From the NCBI GenBank assembly GCA_964459995.1, contig CAYWOR010000001.1, positions 145,328 to 209,327 of the forward strand: a DNA stretch of 64,000 nt, given 5' to 3'. Of the stretch, positions 10,501 through 17,479 are shown in pieces (the first letter of the stretch is position 1; each line of letters opens with the position of its first letter). A program made the position numbers and the translations under genes. The notes under the pieces were generated by a model, which was given only the letters and a program-made list of their open reading frames with translations, searched no databases and had not been told where the DNA came from. The DNA is from an uncultured bacterium. Its GTDB lineage: Bacteria > UBP14 > UBA6098.

Positions 10501-12364
10501 TGGATATCGCACTTGGGACACGACCTTCACGGTCGGTCTTACCGATGTCAACATAAACTTCAACCTGACCGAAACGACGGTTTTGGTTACAGGAATGGCA
10601 AGACTTAACAGCGTTCCTTCGCCTGGTATTACCATTAACGGATCAGCGGTTGCAACGCCGACGACGTCAATCGCCGACGGTTCTTACTCTGTGACAGCAA
10701 ATATCGGCGGTGGAAACATCTGTGCAAGCTATCCCGGTTACGAGACAGTTTGTCAGTTTGTTACCGTTCCTGAAACAGGTTTGACCGGTGTTGATTTCAA
10801 TCTTCTACCGTTGCCGGTGGATGTTATTGTCTCGGTCGATCTCGGTTGCGAAACCGTCAACATGTCGGGTGCTTCCGTTACGATGTCCGGTGTTGGAACA
10901 GAAATTACCCCCGCCAGCGGCAATGTCAGATTCGATGATGTCGCCCACGGATGGTATAATTTCACCGTTTCCGCTCCGTATCATGCAACGGTTGTTGTCG
11001 AAAGCGTCTATGTCAGCGCTGACACCACGATTAACGTTGCTCTCTGCTGTCTCGACGCCGTCGAAGATTTCGACGCTGATCCGGACAGTGTTGCACGCCC
11101 GACTGCCGATCCGCTGACCATTGCGCTCAGCTGGACCGAAGCCGGAACTTCCTGCTGTGATCCGGATTCTTATCTGGTTTACAGGTCGTTGGCACCGTTC
11201 ATTAGCACCACTGCCCCCGGCGTTACGAGAGTCGCTTCGGTTCCCTTCGGAACCACGACCTATGTCGATGCGACAGTTGCCGATGGCGTTCGTTACTACT
11301 ACGATATCGTCGTAGTCTATGGTTGCCCGAGCAATTATTCGAGACTTGCCGGCAATGTTAACGCGGCAAGCGCTTATACACCCGACCCGGCCGATTATCT
11401 GGTTATCGACTGGGACAACGGTGCGACCCCAACCAACGGCGGCACGATGGGTGTCGGCGAATGGTGGGTTAATATGCTCGGTTCCAGTGCGCTCGGTCTT
11501 TCGGCTGTTGTCAGAACAACCGACGATTCGCATAGCGATCCGCTTGCGGGCTATAACCTCAATGACTATGACTTGGTCGTTCTCGCGCTCGGTATCAACG
11601 ATGCGGACAACACCGTTCTTCCTACTGCGGCTGTTGCCAAGCTCGAAGCTTACAGAGCGATTAGCGGCAAAAAGATGATCATCGAAGGTCCCGATTTCGG
11701 TGCCGATTACAACGCAACCACTTTCTTCGGCAACCTCGGCCTTGCCTTCGTTCATGACGGCGCGGCTGACTTCAACGTCGATTGGTTCTATGCCACTCCG
11801 ACTTTGACGAATGCATCCTTCCCGATCATCTTCGATTACAACGACAGTAGTTCTGCTGACCATTTCGTCGATATCCTTAATTCTCCGGGTGTCTTGACAA
11901 CGAATGTCGCCTGGGATCAGGATTCGGTCTATAGGACATTCTTCTACAATGGCCCTTGCCAGACCATCATCTCGACGATTTATCTCGGCGGTATCGTTAA
12001 TTCGAGCTATCCGTATGTGCAGTCGCGTGCGGCTTCCGGTTATCTCTGGAAGCTCGGAATCGCCAACACCGGCATTTATCAGGTCGAAACGAAGCTCCCG
12101 AGCGATTTCGCGCTCGCGGGCAACTATCCGAACCCCTTCAACCCGGTTACCACGATCGAATTCCAGCTCCCGAGAGATTCTCATGTGGACGTTTCGATCT
12201 ATGACATCACCGGCAAGAGGGTTGAGACTCTGGTCGATGAAAGGCTCGAAGGCGGCGTTTACAAGGTCGCTTGGAACGCCAACAACATGCCCAGCGGTGT
12301 TTACTTCGCTCGCATGACCGCAGGTGAGTTCTCCGCAACTCACAAGGTTATGCTCGTCAAGTAA
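7598..12364 (+). CDS. Giant secreted T9SS cargo protein (1588 aa): N-terminal repeated GYD/GLD modules, 4 carboxypeptidase-regulatory-like beta-sandwich domains, Fn3, alpha/beta pre-CTD module, T9SS CTD
   Basis: SD AAAGGGG 7 nt upstream of the ATG. Signal peptide MSRGKITLVVALALASMVLAQS. CarbopepD_reg-like repeats (e.g. ...GEYSFANIPLGTYNLTF...). C-terminal LAGNYPNPFNPVTTIEFQLP...GVYFARMTAGEFSATHKVMLVK. A strong terminator follows. Confidence 0.9.
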   Translation: MSRGKITLVVALALASMVLAQSWSFTFQVEPVPGQTHDLEIAMTAGATAGYDAFLDVPYFTPPDGRGVFFPLNDPLNPAYTKLQKDVRGIALGSYTYWIAMDEGYWGLDDRMVRWDIDNLPDPDISGNLWIAPIVYGTDPATLDEALWIPMNTVEEFGFGPTQEAAFRFMPSAMVDTIAPYVTGFDPVPGEAGVSTAKNVRFDVKDANRGVDPATIDVWVTVGGGTPAHLGPSDMILDPIVGGYRVTIPPVGGAWPESTIINYTVNACDLASPANCMDVDTSVSFFTRVIPPDMFPPYFETAYPANGATDVDVTSCVRIVIKDSESGVDSSTIIFQLNGTAIPHSDLNITELGVGSDWYRVEYCPTSDLNYGAIYNVNVYAEDFWGNDASITWSFVTEEADSLPEFVYNLQAISISGTDTARTNLYIGLDNLGTDGYDVGLDVPQFLFPGAPRGYFPLMDPSHPSVPALSRDIRSTSHGIKTWTVDMYSPVGTLKLTWDRLLLPPIGMFSFAVVDSGSTPSAWTSMSTYGEVSFTSSQQVLIRFLPTLVDPNPPVVTNVSMEGSGPGGVGYDPATPLCFSVVDYESGVDISSVAISIDYVDIDLAEFATTPLSNGYRFCYTPSPMWSPNTTYRVEVQAADNAIPANEIDPPYVWNFSTGPAGCAPLFELPLTFTWGAGADENETIIFGTHEGASPGYDAGLDQIQPPPITAAGFFFTCGDAAPADKLIKDLRNPCDRPNIWQASKRNLLTSPNVTVTWPTSPVFADTSWHIYYKVLGLGVTPPTAVDSTWTRMNVGDEIVYNANSNYLYVGLGYIGTTIEVFNIEGDVAIAGAPDNSGIRVYLNGGTFRTTNAAGEYSFANIPLGTYNLTFWDPAGEYCAHPDMDSIVVVTGTVPDATIDVPTYHMLPCGSRRVYGVGSVAGTPTQWINVKLTNLGDLSESTIPTNASGAYQFLGVVPGDYMLTASYSGYRTWDTTFTVGLTDVNINFNLTETTVLVTGMARLNSVPSPGITINGSAVATPTTSIADGSYSVTANIGGGNICASYPGYETVCQFVTVPETGLTGVDFNLLPLPVDVIVSVDLGCETVNMSGASVTMSGVGTEITPASGNVRFDDVAHGWYNFTVSAPYHATVVVESVYVSADTTINVALCCLDAVEDFDADPDSVARPTADPLTIALSWTEAGTSCCDPDSYLVYRSLAPFISTTAPGVTRVASVPFGTTTYVDATVADGVRYYYDIVVVYGCPSNYSRLAGNVNAASAYTPDPADYLVIDWDNGATPTNGGTMGVGEWWVNMLGSSALGLSAVVRTTDDSHSDPLAGYNLNDYDLVVLALGINDADNTVLPTAAVAKLEAYRAISGKKMIIEGPDFGADYNATTFFGNLGLAFVHDGAADFNVDWFYATPTLTNASFPIIFDYNDSSSADHFVDILNSPGVLTTNVAWDQDSVYRTFFYNGPCQTIISTIYLGGIVNSSYPYVQSRAASGYLWKLGIANTGIYQVETKLPSDFALAGNYPNPFNPVTTIEFQLPRDSHVDVSIYDITGKRVETLVDERLEGGVYKVAWNANNMPSGVYFARMTAGEFSATHKVMLVK

Positions 12365-12382
12365 GCCTGCAGTAATCTAATC

Positions 12383-12420
12383 AAAAAAACCCTCCGTTTT
12401 ACGGAGGGTTTTTTGTTTTG
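12383..12420 (+). terminator. Rho-independent terminator (AAAAAAACCCTCCGTtttaCGGAGGGTTTTTTGTTTTG)
   Basis: 8-bp GC-rich stem, 4-nt loop and a T-tract, directly after the stop of 7598..12364. Confidence 0.9.
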
Positions 12421-12492
12421 CTCGAAAATGAGCTTGCGGAATTTATTATCGTATTGTATTTTATTCTTCAACCTAATCATAGGCAGGTTCAA

Positions 12493-13659
12493 ATGGGATT
12501 TCAAGGGAATTTGGATAGCGTTAGTTTTGCGGATATTCTGCAGTTGCTCGCGATGGGCAAAAAAACCGGCACGCTCCATCTTGAGAAAAACGAAATCCGC
12601 AAAGAAGTCAGTTTCAAAAGCGGCTCTGTGATTTGGGCCTCGTCCAACGAAGAAAACGACCTTCTCGAAAATCAGCTACTCAAACAGGGACGAATCAGCA
12701 AAGAAGACCTCGCGAAGGCGAAGGAAATCATGCGCCTTACCGGTCGAGATTTTCCGAGCACCCTCGTTTTTTTAGGGATATTCAACAAAGAAGACGTTTC
12801 GGATATTGTGCTGAACCACGTCGAGTCGATAATATTTTCGATTTTCGCATGGAATGAGGGGCGCTTCGTTTTCAAAGACAACGAGCTGGCGGACTCTCTT
12901 CACATAATCAACGCGCTCAATACGATGAACATCCTCATGGAAGGCACGCGGCGTATCGACGAGTGGAGCAAAATCCGCGGTGCTTTGCCGACTGATAATA
13001 CTGTGATGCAAATAGTCCCTTCGGGGATGAAAGAAAAAGAGGAGATACGCCTCACACCGCTCGAAGTGCAGATTCTCAGCCTCGTTGACGGCGAAAGGTC
13101 TATCGAGGAGATTATGGAAAAATCCCCCCACGGCGAACTTGACACATCGCGGGGGCTTTATAGCCTCAAAATGGCCGGTATTATACGTAAAATCGGAGTG
13201 AAGGAAAGCCGAAAGGCAAGCATTTCAGAGAAGAAAGAGGTTCTTCAGATTCTCGTGAAAACCTACGCCGCTGTTCTCGATGTTATCCGCGAGGTTCTTA
13301 CGCAAAAATTGGGGAATGCGGGCGTAAAACGTGTCAGGAAAAGTTTCGAGGACATACAGAAAGACTATGATGTTCTTAAACACATAAACATATCGGCGGA
13401 GGGGACGCTCGATTTCGTCAACTTCCTAACCATGATTGATAAATTGCCCGAATCAAGCCGAATTAACGAGGTTTCCAGCGGCTTATCGGCATTTTTAGAA
13501 TTGATGCTCGATGCTGTGCAGTCGATTGTCGGGACGCGTCAGAAAAAGCAGGTTATCTCGCGCGCAATGGCAAAAACCGAAGATATAATGGCCGGCAAAA
13601 TCGAGCTTCTGAAAAAATATGGAGTCTATACCGATTTACATCGGGCTTTGAGAGAATAA
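12493..13659 (+). CDS. DUF4388 domain-containing protein (389 aa)
   Basis: The track ORF 12418..13659 is trimmed to an internal ATG: the listed start would sit inside the upstream terminator, and AGGCAGG lies 5 nt before 12493. The N-terminus MGFQGNLDSVSFADILQLLAMGKKTGTLHLE...GSVIWA matches the DUF4388 signature (L.D.LQLL....TG.L). The C-terminal ~250 aa are alpha-helical with no known motif. Confidence 0.75.
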   Translation: MGFQGNLDSVSFADILQLLAMGKKTGTLHLEKNEIRKEVSFKSGSVIWASSNEENDLLENQLLKQGRISKEDLAKAKEIMRLTGRDFPSTLVFLGIFNKEDVSDIVLNHVESIIFSIFAWNEGRFVFKDNELADSLHIINALNTMNILMEGTRRIDEWSKIRGALPTDNTVMQIVPSGMKEKEEIRLTPLEVQILSLVDGERSIEEIMEKSPHGELDTSRGLYSLKMAGIIRKIGVKESRKASISEKKEVLQILVKTYAAVLDVIREVLTQKLGNAGVKRVRKSFEDIQKDYDVLKHINISAEGTLDFVNFLTMIDKLPESSRINEVSSGLSAFLELMLDAVQSIVGTRQKKQVISRAMAKTEDIMAGKIELLKKYGVYTDLHRALRE

Positions 13660-13673
13660 ATCGAGGAGGATAT

Positions 13674-14045
13674 ATGAGAAACTGGTTCAAAGGGATTGCT
13701 TTCGCTGTTTTTGTTCTATCGGGGTCATGTTTTGCGCAAATCGAGGCCTCAGCCGGCAGAGGAGAGAGTTTTCAGATAGTCGTAGATATTGTGGCAGTAT
13801 TATTCCTTCTGCTTGGGGTCTATCTCGCGCTGGATCTAAATAAAATTATGAAGGGCGGCGAGCTCGCGATGAGCTGGGGATGGCTGTCCGGCGCGGTTAT
13901 TGTTTTCGCGTTGATAAAAGTAATCGAGGTCGGCGCTATGGCGGAATTCTGGATTGTGCCCCAATTGCTTCTTTCTTTGGGACATCTATTCACCGCTCTG
14001 TTCCTGCTATTGGGCTATTTCCGACAGAAAAAGATACTCAGCTAA
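13674..14045 (+). CDS. Small membrane protein (123 aa; signal peptide plus 3 TM helices), unknown function
   Basis: SD GAGGAGG precedes the ATG. Signal peptide MRNWFKGIAFAVFVLSGSCFAQ followed by hydrophobic helices. It is 14 nt downstream of the DUF4388 gene and is followed by a bidirectional terminator. Confidence 0.65.
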   Translation: MRNWFKGIAFAVFVLSGSCFAQIEASAGRGESFQIVVDIVAVLFLLLGVYLALDLNKIMKGGELAMSWGWLSGAVIVFALIKVIEVGAMAEFWIVPQLLLSLGHLFTALFLLLGYFRQKKILS

Positions 14046-14065
14046 CACGATTGTTGTCAGAATTA

Positions 14066-14104
14066 AAAAAAGAAAGGCGGCTCGAATCGAACCGCCTTTT
14101 TCAT
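14066..14104. terminator. Bidirectional rho-independent terminator (AAAAAAAGAAAGGCGGCTCGAAtCGAACCGCCTTTTTCATTT) between convergent genes
   Basis: Hairpin flanked by an A-run on one side and a T-run on the other. It sits between the end of 13674..14045 (+) and the end of 14105..15997 (-). Confidence 0.85.
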
Positions 14105-15997
14105 TTATATCTGTGCGACGACTGCTGTAGGGGGCGACACATCCTTAATAAAGGACGTGATTATCGCGATTAGATGATGCGAGGGATAGGTGCCGCGAAT
14201 CGCCAAATCGACGCCCCGAACCTCCTCCTTGATTTTTTCCTGCGGGTCGAGAAGGATAAACTTCGCGTCGCCTTTGACATTCGAGAGCATCCGAAGGCCG
14301 GCTACATCCATATATTCAAGTCCGGCCTGAACGATGATAATTTGTGGTGTTATGCGTTTTGCGGCATGGATAAAATCGCTGATGTTGTCATAGGGCACAA
14401 CCGCAAAACCATGCTGGGTGAGCATCGATTGGAGAAAGCCGAGGCTCTTTTTCGGTGCGACAAGCATGACATCCGGGTTCTCCGAGTTTTCGATGAGGTT
14501 TTTGCTCTCGCGGATTCTCGGCAAGGTTATTTTCACTAATGTGCCCTTCGCGTTGGGTTCGATATCGATCTTGCCGCCGTGCGTTTCGATGATACCCTTT
14601 GCGACAGTAAGGCCAAGACCTTTATGCGTCGATTTTTTTGTGGTGAAAAATGGTTTAGTAATAAAAGGTATAACCTCGGGCGGAATTCCTGTGCCATTGT
14701 CGAGGATTTCGATGTAGTTCCATTGTGTATCGAAACTTGTTGTAATCTCGATTTTGCCGGTTTCCTCAATCGCTTCGTATGAGTTGACACAAATATTGAC
14801 CACCGCCTCGACCATTTGGTCTTTCGAGGCTATAGTGGTGCCGATTTGATTAGTGTTCAACACCCATTCGATTTCTTTTCGCCTTCGATTAGTTTTTATC
14901 AAACCAACGGCGTCCGAGAGAAGTTTGCGTATTGGCAAAGGCTCCGGGGCACTCGAAGAACGATACCAATCCACGGTTGTCAGAGCATCGAGAATTTCCT
15001 GTCCCTGAGCGAGTTTTTTGTTGATCTCGAACAGTTCCTCCTCGAGTTCCGGCGTTTCGAGGGTCTCGATTAATATTCGGCAACTGTCGAGCGCTTTCGA
15101 AAGACAGATGAAGAACTCGTCGATAAGCCCCATAGTGCGTGCATTGAGAATGTTGAATTCCTCGGCGCGGGTTTCTTCTATTTGCTTTTTTGTCGCCTTC
15201 AAAAGAAGGTCGATGAGCCGATTGGTCATCCTTCCGGACTGAGCGCTTTCTTTGTGGGCTATCTGCACAGTGGCGTCGCGAAGAATCTCGCGTTCGCCCT
15301 CGATGATAACGTCTTGGATTGTGTTAGAAATCGCCTCCGGGCTTAATCCTGCGGTTACCAAGGTTAGCATCGGTTCAAGCTTAACCGGCCCTATCGAGCT
15401 TCCCAATCCTCCGGGGACATTTACCATAATCGGAATCGGCGGCCCTATCTCGTTGCGTTCCATAAGACCCTGCGCGAGACTTAGATCGACGAAAATAAGC
15501 GCAATCTCGTCGCGATTATAGTGCAGATGCTCTTCGAGACGCGTCCTATCGAGCGCTCTTTTTACCTCATAACCTTTGTCGATGAGTCGCGAGGCGACTT
15601 GCGATGTCATACGGTCATCAGAGGTTGCGAGGATGATTAGCCGCTGTTTGTCGCCCTCGAGGATTGGAATCATCTTCTCAGTGATGCTTCGCACCGATGG
15701 CGGCGATTGCAGAACCTGCACCGGCAGAGTATATTCCCAAGCAGAGGGCGGCTTGCCGATGGGTGCCCAAACAAATATCGGCAGACGTTTGATCTTTATC
15801 AGATCGATTGCTGATGTGGCGAGTGTTTCGTCGATTTCCGGATCGACGACGATGCAAGCCGCGTGCTCATGCTCCTCCGGCAAACTCTCTGGCTTGTTGA
15901 CGATGAGGATTTCATATCTTTCGCCGAGAGCTTCTGTGAGCCTTTTGATTCGCGTTTTGTCTTTGTCGAAAACATAGATGATCTCTGTATGCTTCAT
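14105..15997 (-). CDS. Histidine-kinase-like GHKL ATPase with one canonical and two degenerate receiver (REC) domains (630 aa)
   Basis: HATPase_c N/G boxes (AVVNICVNSYEAI ... ILDNGTGIPPEV ... GLGLTVAKGIIETHGGKIDIE). A REC domain with an acidic pocket (LIILATSDD ... IALIFVDLS). The N- and C-terminal REC-like segments lack the phospho-Asp (IIIVQAGL). No clear H-box is visible. Confidence 0.75.
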   Translation of the reverse strand: MKHTEIIYVFDKDKTRIKRLTEALGERYEILIVNKPESLPEEHEHAACIVVDPEIDETLATSAIDLIKIKRLPIFVWAPIGKPPSAWEYTLPVQVLQSPPSVRSITEKMIPILEGDKQRLIILATSDDRMTSQVASRLIDKGYEVKRALDRTRLEEHLHYNRDEIALIFVDLSLAQGLMERNEIGPPIPIMVNVPGGLGSSIGPVKLEPMLTLVTAGLSPEAISNTIQDVIIEGEREILRDATVQIAHKESAQSGRMTNRLIDLLLKATKKQIEETRAEEFNILNARTMGLIDEFFICLSKALDSCRILIETLETPELEEELFEINKKLAQGQEILDALTTVDWYRSSSAPEPLPIRKLLSDAVGLIKTNRRRKEIEWVLNTNQIGTTIASKDQMVEAVVNICVNSYEAIEETGKIEITTSFDTQWNYIEILDNGTGIPPEVIPFITKPFFTTKKSTHKGLGLTVAKGIIETHGGKIDIEPNAKGTLVKITLPRIRESKNLIENSENPDVMLVAPKKSLGFLQSMLTQHGFAVVPYDNISDFIHAAKRITPQIIIVQAGLEYMDVAGLRMLSNVKGDAKFILLDPQEKIKEEVRGVDLAIRGTYPSHHLIAIITSFIKDVSPPTAVVAQI

Positions 15998-16033
15998 TAT
16001 AAATGCCCCTAAGCATTTGCGGTTTTCCGCGAA

Positions 16034-16486
16034 TTACTTTACTATGATGACCGGAACTTGTGCCTCACGAACCACCTTATCCGAGGTCGATCCCAGAAGA
16101 ACCTCCGCCAGAAGCCCCTTGCCGGTCGATCCCATAACGATAGCATCGACCTTCTCCTTTTCGGCGATTCTAAGTATCTCTTTGAACGGAATTCCGTTTA
16201 CTAAGCGCTCCTCGACCCTAAAACCGAGATCGCTGAGTTCCTTCGTAATGGCTTCGAGTTTCTCCTCGGCTTTTTTACGAAGCTCCGCGTTGATTTCTTC
16301 GAGAATGCTCGTGTATTGAATCGAAGAGAATCCCTCCATCTCGGCCATAGTGTTAACCTCGCGGATATCGATGCAATGGACGAGATAGACGATACTCGCC
16401 CCTGCCTCGCGAAGTTTTTTTACCATTCCGAGCGCGTGGCTGGATTTCTTCGAAAAGTCTGTCGGATAAAGGATTTTTGTGAACAT
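16034..16486 (-). CDS. uspA: Universal stress protein UspA family (150 aa)
   Basis: MFTKILYPTDFSKKS ... AIVMGSTGKGLLAEVLLGSTSDKVVREAQVPVIIVK is the typical Usp ATP-binding C-terminus. AGAGGT RBS. Confidence 0.85.
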   Translation of the reverse strand: MFTKILYPTDFSKKSSHALGMVKKLREAGASIVYLVHCIDIREVNTMAEMEGFSSIQYTSILEEINAELRKKAEEKLEAITKELSDLGFRVEERLVNGIPFKEILRIAEKEKVDAIVMGSTGKGLLAEVLLGSTSDKVVREAQVPVIIVK

Positions 16487-16494
16487 GATAACCT

Positions 16495-17463
16495 CTATTT
16501 CATATAAACGACATTTTGAGTCTTTACGATTCCGCCGCTGACTGCCTTTACCAGATATGTTCCGGTCGGAAGGTCGTTCGATGGTGTGAACCGGACGAGA
16601 TGATAGCCCGTGAAAGCCGCCGTTTCCGCGATTTTCTCGATCATTCTGCCATTGACATCATAGATCGCTATCTCGATGGGGTTTCCATCGCCGGCAATGA
16701 GTATCGACATAGCCGAATTGAAAGGGTTCGGGAAACATCTCAGGCCGAAATCGCTCGGAACAACGACTCTCTCGGCAACATTTCCGGCATCGAGGTTGAA
16801 ATTGATAACCATATTTGCGCCACCGCCAACCACGAAAATCCCGTCGAGTTCATTGACATAGTGTGCATAAGGCTCTTGAAGGAAGCCGGTTGTATCGCAC
16901 ATGTTATTGCCGTTGAGATCGGACCAAACCAAAGCCGATTTCGCTCCCGAGGGGACGCTGTCAAGCTCGAAATCGAGCTCCTCAATTATCCAAGTGCCAT
17001 CGAGAACTGGGCCGCCGCCGAGTAACATGGGATATTGATCGAATATCCTCATCTTCAGGGAATCCGGGCTACCGCTATATATGATTGTGCCCTCCACGCC
17101 GCCATAGCGCGCGAGTTCGACATCGATACCGGAGATTGTTCCGCCGGAAATGCGGAAGGGGTTTCCGGGATACTGACCCGCAGGATCGCCGCTGGCAGGC
17201 GGAAGTCCCGAAGGGATGAGCGCCATAACATTGTAATCGTAGCCATCGAGGATGAACGGATCATCGAAGATGTAGTTGTAGTCCGGCGGAAATGCAAGCG
17301 TGTAGAAGAACGAGGTATCCATTAATGTCGTGAAATCGTGGAAAACGAAGACATAAGCCGTGTCCGTCGGTGTTCCGGGGACATTTAAAGTCCCCATTAT
17401 CATCCCCGCGAAAAGCCCGCTGGTCATAAGTGCGAGGATGATGATGATGTTGATTGTTCTCAT
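16495..17463 (-). CDS. Secreted T9SS cargo protein, 323 aa, unknown function
   Basis: The track ORF (to 17709) is trimmed to an ATG with an AAGGAG RBS that gives the signal peptide MRTINIIIILALMTSGLFAG. The longer form would overlap the upstream gene. C-terminal T9SS CTD (LRCFPNPFNSAMSILIAG...YLVKAVSGGIVKTQNVVYMK). Confidence 0.8.
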   Translation of the reverse strand: MRTINIIIILALMTSGLFAGMIMGTLNVPGTPTDTAYVFVFHDFTTLMDTSFFYTLAFPPDYNYIFDDPFILDGYDYNVMALIPSGLPPASGDPAGQYPGNPFRISGGTISGIDVELARYGGVEGTIIYSGSPDSLKMRIFDQYPMLLGGGPVLDGTWIIEELDFELDSVPSGAKSALVWSDLNGNNMCDTTGFLQEPYAHYVNELDGIFVVGGGANMVINFNLDAGNVAERVVVPSDFGLRCFPNPFNSAMSILIAGDGNPIEIAIYDVNGRMIEKIAETAAFTGYHLVRFTPSNDLPTGTYLVKAVSGGIVKTQNVVYMK

Positions 17464-17479
17464 ATTTTTTCTCCTTTCG

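Noticed and set aside
12418-12492. Track start of the DUF4388 ORF at 12418 (MLENELAEF...)
   Set aside because: That start lies inside the T-tract of the upstream terminator. The internal ATG at 12493 has an AGGCAGG RBS and begins the conserved domain.
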